A stretch of DNA of 24,202 nt from Snowella sp. (GTDB lineage Bacteria; Cyanobacteriota; Cyanobacteriia; Cyanobacteriales; Microcystaceae): NCBI GenBank assembly GCA_035285545.1, contig JAYKGY010000144.1:1-24202 (forward strand), read 5' to 3'. Below, one piece after another: positions 1 to 7,180 of the stretch. The notes beneath the pieces are model-generated. The model was not told the origin of the DNA. It saw nothing but the letters and a program-made list of their open reading frames with translations, and searched no databases. The translations under genes were made by a program, and so were the position numbers. How positions within the stretch are numbered: position 1 is the stretch's first letter; every line of letters starts with the position of its first letter.

Positions 1-4
1 ATCC

Positions 5-463
5 ATGAGTAAACCCACCCACGCCCATATCACCCTGAATCTCAAAAGAAATGATGCTCCTACTTACAAGCAACACCAGAGGGAGCAAAAAGAATATTAT
101 ATGGGAGCAAAATTAATTGAAATTGGCGTTAACCCCAAGGATGCCATTTATCGCTGGTCGGTGAAAACAACGGATACGGAGGAAAACTGGACATATAGCG
201 CCTATTGGGGGCAATCCAAAGAAGATTTTGTTTCAGGCAATGCCCCACTAACCGGGGTTGAATTAATCGACTGTGCGAGGGCAAATTCGGCTCAGGGGTT
301 AGCAGTTGCGGCTAAGCTCTGTGGTTATCATGAGGATACTGCCGCCTTTCAAGCGGCCCTAAAACAAGCCTTAGAAGAAGCGGGTTTAACGTTTAATGCC
401 CTTCAGAAATTGATTGATCATCCAGGCATCACGGTTGCTCCCGATAGCCCAACTTCGCTTTAA
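5..463 (+). CDS. Conserved cyanobacterial hypothetical protein (152 aa)
   Basis: ATG-initiated ORF. The C-terminal half (PLTGVELIDCARAN...AAKLCGY...FQAAL) resembles a small cyanobacterial hypothetical family. Its TAA overlaps the stop of the convergent ABC gene at TTAA 460-463. Confidence 0.75.
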   Translation: MSKPTHAHITLNLKRNDAPTYKQHQREQKEYYMGAKLIEIGVNPKDAIYRWSVKTTDTEENWTYSAYWGQSKEDFVSGNAPLTGVELIDCARANSAQGLAVAAKLCGYHEDTAAFQAALKQALEEAGLTFNALQKLIDHPGITVAPDSPTSL

Positions 464-2163
464 GTCATTTCTGGTTGCAGAAGTTTCCACTGTCCCTGAC
501 CCATGAGTTTCAAGATATGGCGATGGTAGGGGATAACGGTGGGGCGATGGGCCACACTGATATAGTTGATATTAGAGGCTTTGAGCAAATCATAGAGCCG
601 CTTTTCGTTATCGACATCTAAGGCACTGGTGGCTTCGTCGAGAATGGCGTAGTGGGGTTGAGTTAACAATAATCGGGCAAAGGCTAGGCGTTGTTGTTCA
701 CCTAAAGAAAGCACATCCGACCAATTTAATTCTGTTTCTAAGCCGCCGACTCGTTCTATTAAGTCTCCTAAATTGATTTTTTCTAAAGTTGCTTGTAGTT
801 CCTGGGGGCTAATGTCTCGGCTGGTGTGGGGATACAACAGTTGATCGCGTAGAGACCCCAAAATCATATAAGGCCGTTGCGGTAAAAACATAATTTTGAC
901 TAAGGGAGGACGAGCAATTTCTCCTGAGCCGTTTGTCCAGAGTCCGGCGATCGCGCGCAGTAAGGAACTTTTACCAACCCCTGAAGGCCCCATAATCACA
1001 ATGCCGTCTTCGGTGGGGACATCGAGGGAAAGATCCTGGACAAGCTCTTTGTTTTGATCGGGAGTATTGAGCGTTAAGTGGGAAAAGCTGACTTGATTAG
1101 CCGTTTGGTACTCAATTTGATGGGTTTTACTGGCTTTTTCATGAATCGTTAAGGTGTCTTGGAAAGAACCCAGCCGTTGAACCACGGCGGCTAATTCTGC
1201 TAATCGTTGAAAGGAACTGGCAAACCAGGTAAACACACTGGACACTGAGCCAAAGGCAATGCCTGCTTGCGTAATATCCCCGAATTGAATGTCTCCTTTA
1301 AATAACAGGGGAGCTAAAACTAAAACGGGAACCAGGCTGGAAATATAGCTCAACAAAATTGTAAAAGCGGCTAAACTACTTTGGGGTAACACAATGCGAT
1401 GGAGGATGGTCATTAATTTTTTGAAGCGATCGCTGACCAGATTAAATTCCTTCTCTTCCCCTTGGTAGAACGCAATGGATTCACTGTGATCTCGAATATG
1501 AACTAAGCCATAACGAAAATCCGCCTGACGTTTTAAATTTTGGAAGTTTAACGGGGTTAAAACTCGGCCTAAAAAGTAACTAATTAAAGTTTGTAAGGCG
1601 GCTGATGCTAAAGCGACCCAAACTAAAAAACTCCCTAGCGACCACAGTACGCCAATAAATAGTATTCCCCCTAATAACGTATCGCCAAAATCTAGAATGA
1701 TTTCTAAGGTTCTATCAACGAAACTATTAATATCATCAGCAATGCGTTGGTCAGGATTATCAATCGTTTTATTGGCATTAACTTTATAAAAATTTTGGTT
1801 TTGAAAGTAATGATGTAAATAATCTAAGGTTAACCAATTGCGCCAATATAGCCCTAATTTTTGTTGGGAATAATATCTTAAAATCAAAACCGTGATTAAA
1901 ATCGCGCCAAACTGGGCAATATTGGTTAAATCTTGATAAAATTCTGACGCTTTTTTCTCTGTTAGATGGCTATAGAGAGATTTTTGAATTTCACTAAATT
2001 GAACAAATAAAAAATTACTGCTGACAATAAAGGCAATAACTGCAACTAGAACCGCGATTGCTCGCCACTTTTCGGAAGAGAGCCAATAGCGTTTACAGAC
2101 CCGAAAAAACCAGATTAAGAGTTCTTGAAATTGTTGCCAGCGTTTGAACATAAGTAAAAACAA
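460..2163 (-). CDS. Fused permease/ATP-binding ABC transporter, ABCD/BacA/YddA-like
   Basis: N-terminal TM helices with IDNPDQRIADD and an EAA-like ADFRYGLVHIRDHSESIAFY motif. Walker A GPSGVGKSS, signature LSLGEQQR, Walker B AILDEATSALD, H-loop SVAHR. The start may be ATG 2151 rather than TTG 2163. Confidence 0.9.
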   Translation of the reverse strand: MFLLMFKRWQQFQELLIWFFRVCKRYWLSSEKWRAIAVLVAVIAFIVSSNFLFVQFSEIQKSLYSHLTEKKASEFYQDLTNIAQFGAILITVLILRYYSQQKLGLYWRNWLTLDYLHHYFQNQNFYKVNANKTIDNPDQRIADDINSFVDRTLEIILDFGDTLLGGILFIGVLWSLGSFLVWVALASAALQTLISYFLGRVLTPLNFQNLKRQADFRYGLVHIRDHSESIAFYQGEEKEFNLVSDRFKKLMTILHRIVLPQSSLAAFTILLSYISSLVPVLVLAPLLFKGDIQFGDITQAGIAFGSVSSVFTWFASSFQRLAELAAVVQRLGSFQDTLTIHEKASKTHQIEYQTANQVSFSHLTLNTPDQNKELVQDLSLDVPTEDGIVIMGPSGVGKSSLLRAIAGLWTNGSGEIARPPLVKIMFLPQRPYMILGSLRDQLLYPHTSRDISPQELQATLEKINLGDLIERVGGLETELNWSDVLSLGEQQRLAFARLLLTQPHYAILDEATSALDVDNEKRLYDLLKASNINYISVAHRPTVIPYHRHILKLMGQGQWKLLQPEMT

Positions 2164-2390
2164 ACTAAATGATTCAACGCCAATCTTAACTCAAATCTTC
2201 AAATTTATCTAACCAAAGAAATAGACTCAACGATAGAGATCGGAGTATTTAAAATCAAATAACCCAAAACCCCTTACGCCGCCAGTGCCTATGAACTAAT
2301 CCGCTATTATATCGCTGTCTGAGGCAAATTCTGCTTTTATTAAGAAACGCTAAGCAGTGGCTAGAAAATGATTTTGGGTACTTAAAGTTT

Positions 2391-2410
2391 TAGGGGACGT
2401 TTGCCCCCTA
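2391..2410 (-). terminator. Stem-loop downstream of cytochrome c6 gene (possible terminator or 3' stabiliser)
   Basis: Minus-strand RNA UAGGGGGC-AAAC-GUCCCCUA forms an 8-bp stem with one G-U pair, about 60 nt after the stop. There is no clear U-tail. Confidence 0.45.
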
Positions 2411-2469
2411 TTGGTTGGTTGGTATAAGTTAAAAATGAGAATTTTTAAAGGGATTAAACGAAGAAAGAA

Positions 2470-2805
2470 CTACTTCCAATCATTCGCAGCTTTTTCTAAA
2501 ACATAGGCAGCGACATCTTGAATATCTTCGGGAGATAACTGACCGCTAAATTTGGGCATTGCATTTTTTCCGTTGGTTACTTGGGCAATAATGGCTTCAG
2601 CGGTATCTTTCCCATTGCTCACCAATGCCCCCTTTTGTAAAGTCTTATTGGCATCAATAACATTTCCGCCTCCCAGGTGACAAGAGGCACATTTTGCACT
2701 AAAAATTTGTCCTCCATGGGCAACATCCGCTGCTAGGGCAGGTTGATTGAATATTAAGGTCGCAATACTCAATGTAAGAATTAAAAATGTCAAAAGTTTT
2801 TTCAT
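2470..2805 (-). CDS. petJ: Cytochrome c6 (copy A)
   Basis: Sec signal peptide ending PALA, heme motif CASCH followed by GGGN, axial Met in GKNAMP, C-terminal EDIQDVAAYVL...W. RBS GAGGAGA lies upstream. Confidence 0.92.
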   Translation of the reverse strand: MKKLLTFLILTLSIATLIFNQPALAADVAHGGQIFSAKCASCHLGGGNVIDANKTLQKGALVSNGKDTAEAIIAQVTNGKNAMPKFSGQLSPEDIQDVAAYVLEKAANDWK

Positions 2806-2880
2806 GAGTGTCTCCTCTTTTAGAAAATTAAAGAATTAATCTTTCGTTAATTTTTTGAGAAATTTCTCACCTTGTCAAAA

Positions 2881-2891
2881 GACGCTCTGTC
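2881..2891. promoter_or_regulatory. GAC-N5-GTC palindromic box upstream of cytochrome c6 copy A (candidate PetR site)
   Basis: GACGCTCTGTC lies 76 nt upstream of the ATG. The same motif, also followed by GAA, occurs upstream of copy B. Confidence 0.45.
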
Positions 2892-3008
2892 GAACTTTTA
2901 GAAACATTTTTAATTCAAGTAATCTATGTTTTTACCCCCTCAAGCATTAATTTAAAAAAATTGGATTGTATGAAATTATTTTTCAGTGATCACGAATTAA
3001 AAAAACAA

Positions 3009-3365
3009 TTATTTCCAATCATTCGCAGCTTGCTCTAAAACGTAGGCCGCAACATCTTGAATATCTTCACGCCTTAACCGAGCACGAAAACTAGGCATTG
3101 CATTTTTTCCGTTGGTCACTTGGGCAATAATGGCTTCGGAATTATCCATCTCATTGGCAGCCAAAGCTTCTTGTGTCAAATCTTTTCCGGGAATAATCAT
3201 ATTCCTCTCTTTGAGATGACAAACCATACAATGAAGTTTAAAGATCTTGGCACCATTAGCCGTGTTAGCCGCTAAAGTTGGATTGTCCAAGAGACCTTGG
3301 TCAAAAATCAAAATTGCAAGTGCAACACTGAGGGTAAGAATTAAAAATGTCAATTTCTTTTTCAT
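3009..3365 (-). CDS. petJ: Cytochrome c6 paralog (copy B, divergent)
   Basis: Signal peptide ending PTLA, heme motif CMVCH, EAIIAQVTNGKNAMP identical to copy A, same RBS context (AAAGAGGAGA-N-ACTCATG). Confidence 0.85.
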   Translation of the reverse strand: MKKKLTFLILTLSVALAILIFDQGLLDNPTLAANTANGAKIFKLHCMVCHLKERNMIIPGKDLTQEALAANEMDNSEAIIAQVTNGKNAMPSFRARLRREDIQDVAAYVLEQAANDWK

Positions 3366-3396
3366 GAGTATCTCCTCTTTCTGGGGTTAAAAATTC

Positions 3397-3531
3397 AGAT
3401 CTGTTGGGTAATAATACAAAAAATTGCTGAAATACTTATGCAGTGAAGCATTTGACTATTACACCAAAAAAGTGAGAATGCTTATGTTGTAAAGACTGGA
3501 AGAATTTCTAAATTTATCACCCAACAGTTCT
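3397..3531. mobile_element. MITE-like 135-bp element with imperfect 19-bp terminal inverted repeats
   Basis: AGATCTGTTGGGTAATAAT (3397-3415) matches the reverse complement of 3513-3531, AGAACTGTTGGGTGATAAA, at 16/19 positions. Non-coding. Confidence 0.5.
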
Positions 3532-3630
3532 ATTAATGACTTACAGAGTCTATGAGAAAAGCCTTAATTTGTCAACAGAAGCTCTGTAAAGCCAGTAATT
3601 CGTCGCGCATTTTGACTCTTTTTCTCTTAC

Positions 3631-3641
3631 GACCGAATGTC
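3631..3641. promoter_or_regulatory. GAC-N5-GTC box upstream of cytochrome c6 copy B (candidate PetR site)
   Basis: GACCGAATGTC followed by GAA, with a near-match GACTCTTTTTC at 3614-3624. Confidence 0.4.
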
Positions 3642-3712
3642 GAAACATAAAGAATAAGCTTTTCATTCGTTACTCTTGTAGTTATTCTTAATAAATCGAA
3701 TCACAAACCCTA

Positions 3713-3815
3713 TACAGCACTGATCGAGATCTTGATACATGGTTTTTCCTCTAAAAGCCTTGCTTCATAAGCATTTCAATTTTATTTGTACGCTGTGGTT
3801 AAGCAAGGTGCTGTA
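3713..3815. repeat. Second short inverted-repeat-bounded element (possible MITE)
   Basis: TACAGCAC (3713-3720) and GTGCTGTA (3808-3815) are perfect 8-bp inverted ends. The interior CATAAGCATTTC is the inverse of a motif found in the 3397-3531 element. Confidence 0.35.
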
Positions 3816-3949
3816 ATACGAATTGCGGCTGTAAAACTTTAAAGAAACACTTTGAATAAAAGTAATTTTTATTGTTTGATTAGTTTAATTATTAATTGTT
3901 TAAAATATTTTTAATAGGCGATCGCGAAGAAATTACCTAAGCATTTTGA

Positions 3950-4900
3950 TTACCGAGGAACGGTTACTTGTTTTAAAATATTCGCAACCACAGAATCTAT
4001 ACTAATCCCATCTAATTGGGCTTCTGGTTTGAGGATTAAACGATGGCGTAAAATGGCAGGGGAAACACTTTTTAAATCATCGGGAATAACATAATCTCGA
4101 CCCGTTAACCAGGCTCGTGATTGACTGGCTTGCAACCACAATAGGGCCGCACGAGGAGAGGCTCCTAAGAGTAGATCGGCATAATTTCGCGTTCTTTCAA
4201 CTAATTCTAATAAATAATCAATCAGTTTTTCATCAATTGTCACGGTTTTTACCGCCTGCCGAGCCGCAAGAATTTCCTCAACGTTGGTAATGGGTTGTAT
4301 GTTGGCTAAATCTAAGCGTTTTGCCTGAAAGCCTTCTTGATAATTGAGTAACATTTGTTTAGCGGCTTCTGAATCGGGATAATTGACCATCAATTTGAAT
4401 AAAAACCGATCCAGTTGGGCTTCGGGTAAGGGGTAAGTTCCTTCAAATTCCAAAGGATTTTGCGTTGCAGCGACCCAAAATAAATCGGGTAAGGCGAGGG
4501 TTTCACCATCGAGGGTGACTTGTTGTTCCTCCATCGCTTCGAGTAAGGCGGCTTGGGTTTTGGGCGGGGTGCGGTTAATTTCGTCGGCCAGTAAGATTTC
4601 TGTAAAAATGGGGCCTTTTTTGAGGGTGAAGTTGCGATTATTCAGATCTAAAATATTGGTTCCTAAAATATCCGAGGGTAAGATGTCAGGGGTTAATTGA
4701 ATGCGTCGAAAATCGGATTGAATTAATTGGGCTAAGAGTTTAATTAATAAAGTTTTTCCGGTTCCGGGTACCCCTTCTAAAATAATATGACCGCCGGTTA
4801 GGAGTGCGATTAAAAGTTGTTGGATTAAAACTTTTTGCCCAACAAGATAGCGATCTAAGGTTTCACTTAATTGTTTGAAAAGAAGATGATCCGCCGTCAT
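3950..4900 (-). CDS. moxR: MoxR-family AAA+ ATPase
   Basis: GHIILEGVPGTGKT, RIQLTPDILPSDILG, LADEINRTPPKTQAALLEAMEE, ATQNPLEFEGTYPLPEAQLDRF, GASPRA. Confidence 0.93.
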   Translation of the reverse strand: MTADHLLFKQLSETLDRYLVGQKVLIQQLLIALLTGGHIILEGVPGTGKTLLIKLLAQLIQSDFRRIQLTPDILPSDILGTNILDLNNRNFTLKKGPIFTEILLADEINRTPPKTQAALLEAMEEQQVTLDGETLALPDLFWVAATQNPLEFEGTYPLPEAQLDRFLFKLMVNYPDSEAAKQMLLNYQEGFQAKRLDLANIQPITNVEEILAARQAVKTVTIDEKLIDYLLELVERTRNYADLLLGASPRAALLWLQASQSRAWLTGRDYVIPDDLKSVSPAILRHRLILKPEAQLDGISIDSVVANILKQVTVPR

Positions 4901-6009
4901 TATTGATTAACCCTGTTGATATTTTTTATAGTTTGCCATTTTTCTAGCCAAAGCCGTAAATCGCGATTATTTTTTGGCCTGCTGGATGGGTGCAATAGCG
5001 ATCGCAGAGTGACGGAAGACTGACGGGTTTGCTGCTCCCAGGCTGCCATTAATGCGCTATCGGGTAAGGGATTGCTGCCTAATCCTAACTGGGATTGGAG
5101 GGATTTTTGTTCGGCTTCTTGCAGACGGGAAACCACAAAATCGGCACTTTCGGCTTTTTCTAACACACCAGCTAGGGCTTCAATATAGACTTCACTGTTG
5201 TTACGGGTCGGCGGCACAAGGGCGATCGCCTGGCCAAAGCGTCGATTTCCAGCCCAAACGAGTATTACCAGAAGAACTATCCCTTGAATGACAAGGATGA
5301 CTAGGGGCGTTTTTGCAAAATATTGCCAAATATTACCAATTTCTGACTGAATGACTTCGCGATCTTTGTAACCGTGTAAATATTCATCGACCCAGATGGG
5401 GTAACCGCCTTGGGTGGCTAAATCGGCGAGAAATTCGTAATTACTGGGATAATCTTGATAAGCATTGGCAGCGAAGTGGGAAGGGATGGCAAAAATAATT
5501 TCTCCGCGATTAACCTGTTCTTTCCAGACAATTGCCCCAAAGCGATCGCCTAACAATTGTTCTCTCTGACGAATCGGAGCGCGTCGGCTGGTATCAATCG
5601 CAATATTCCCAAATCGACTGGGTTGCATGGTCGTAAAAGGGGCTGTCGTAGCCGGTTGCCAAATGCCCACAATAATCAAGCGATTCCCTTGGCCAACCCA
5701 CTTTCGCATAGCGGTATCATAGCCGAACCCATTGGGCTTTACGGCATTGTGAACTTGCAAAAAAGTTATTTTCTCCGATTGTTGGGTTAATTGTTCAAAG
5801 CTTTTTTGCCAGCGTTGAATGGGGGTTCCCCGCTTTTCCATGAAAGCCGCCCAAGCCCCATAACCACTGGGATCGCGGCCATAGGTTGATCCTTGTTGGA
5901 CTGATTGACGACTCGGTGCCACCATAATCGTTAAGAGCAGGAGGCAGACTAGCGCGATCGCGGCTATGCCAATTCCTTTTGGGCGAGGAAAATTAAAAGA
6001 CTTTATCAT
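4900..6009 (-). CDS. DUF4350-type membrane-anchored protein (MoxR partner)
   Basis: N-terminal TM, GSTYGRDPSGYGAW, WVDEYLHGY, a second TM followed by RRFG. TAATG stop/start overlap with moxR at 4900. Confidence 0.75.
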   Translation of the reverse strand: MIKSFNFPRPKGIGIAAIALVCLLLLTIMVAPSRQSVQQGSTYGRDPSGYGAWAAFMEKRGTPIQRWQKSFEQLTQQSEKITFLQVHNAVKPNGFGYDTAMRKWVGQGNRLIIVGIWQPATTAPFTTMQPSRFGNIAIDTSRRAPIRQREQLLGDRFGAIVWKEQVNRGEIIFAIPSHFAANAYQDYPSNYEFLADLATQGGYPIWVDEYLHGYKDREVIQSEIGNIWQYFAKTPLVILVIQGIVLLVILVWAGNRRFGQAIALVPPTRNNSEVYIEALAGVLEKAESADFVVSRLQEAEQKSLQSQLGLGSNPLPDSALMAAWEQQTRQSSVTLRSLLHPSSRPKNNRDLRLWLEKWQTIKNINRVNQ

Positions 6010-6376
6010 AGATAATGGGGCGGGTTATGAATATCAATGACATCGAATGATGACTTAGTTGGCAGTTCATCTATTTAATCGCTCATCCCGTGTCAAAAAT
6101 AAGGGTAAAAAAAGACTTAATAAAAATTAATCATGACATTGGCTGATGGGGATTGAGTTGACTGCTTCAATATTGTTTTAATATTGCTTCCCTTAAGTTC
6201 CTAATCTCAGAAATGGCAAAACTAAAAACTTAGGGTATGATTTAATTTACCTTGTATTTTGACCTTATTTCAGTTTTAATAGTATCTAAACAGCAAGAGA
6301 AGTACAACAAAAAGTTATTCGTTTTATTGGATTTAAAAGTTAACAATTCGATTGTGATATTGAGAGAGGTTGTTTG

Positions 6377-7177
6377 ATGAACTGGCTTAAAACATTTCCA
6401 CTATACGGCGTAATTCTCTTTGCAGCTTCCCCATTAATGGCGTTTTCTTCTATGTCCTATCCTCAACAGAATGATGGGATTAGTCCTCAGCAGATCAGTC
6501 TCCAATTTCCTACCGTTCGCGATCGCGGTGCGCCGATAACAACGGGCGGTGGGGGAACCCGTGGGCCAGGGTCAGGCTGCTTACAAACGAAAGAGGGCGA
6601 GTTATCCGTCAATGCCTTAACCCCGAATTACAGCAATATTGCAACCACTGCTTCAACCCAACCCGTATTTTACTATTATCTTCCTGCCACTGCTGCTAAA
6701 TTCGGTGAGTTGGTGATTACGGACGAAAGCGATCAGCCCGTTTATCAAACGATTTTTAATTTACCGACCCAAGCAGGTATTATCCGCTTAGCAGTATCCC
6801 CGACAAAACCCCTATCGGCGGATAAATTTTATCAATGGTCTTTTAAAATTATTTGTAATCCGAAACAGCGCAGTAAGGATATTGTCCTAGAGGGCACGTT
6901 GGAATATCAACCGTTAGGGGGTCAGGAGGTATCGAGTCTAGCCCATAAAGATCCTTTAGAAAAAGCCAAATTTTATGCCCAAAAAGGCATTTGGTTAGAT
7001 ACGTTGGATCAGGTGGCCCAAGTTCGCGCCCAGTCGCCTCAAGATTGGACGGAGCTATTAGGATCGGTCGGTCTAGAAACGATCAGTGCCCAGCCGTTAG
7101 TCGAATGCTGTCAATCGGGTCAAGCTGCCTCGTCTGCCTTGAGCAATCACTCTCAAATGCCCTCTCCTGTAAACTAA
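6377..7177 (+). CDS. DUF928-type exported protein
   Basis: Signal-peptide-like N-terminus, GAP..TGGGGTRG...C, PVFYYYLP, YQWSFKIIC, YAQKGIWLDTL, W.ELL.SVGL, terminal CC. ATG 6377 is preferred over TTG 6374. GAGAGG lies upstream. Confidence 0.8.
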   Translation: MNWLKTFPLYGVILFAASPLMAFSSMSYPQQNDGISPQQISLQFPTVRDRGAPITTGGGGTRGPGSGCLQTKEGELSVNALTPNYSNIATTASTQPVFYYYLPATAAKFGELVITDESDQPVYQTIFNLPTQAGIIRLAVSPTKPLSADKFYQWSFKIICNPKQRSKDIVLEGTLEYQPLGGQEVSSLAHKDPLEKAKFYAQKGIWLDTLDQVAQVRAQSPQDWTELLGSVGLETISAQPLVECCQSGQAASSALSNHSQMPSPVN

Positions 7178-7180
7178 TTG

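Noticed and set aside
460..2163. Link between the ABCD/BacA-like transporter and B12 uptake (cobW) or toxin export (McyH-like)
   Set aside because: cobW is about 20 kb away and there are no NRPS/PKS genes in the window. The substrate cannot be inferred from sequence.
3650..3689. Inverted repeat AAGAATAA/TTATTCTT
   Set aside because: An 8-bp AT-rich match is plausible by chance in this composition.
3366..3949. CRISPR array or structured ncRNA in the long spacer
   Set aside because: No regularly spaced direct repeats with unique spacers. The repeats are inverted and irregular.
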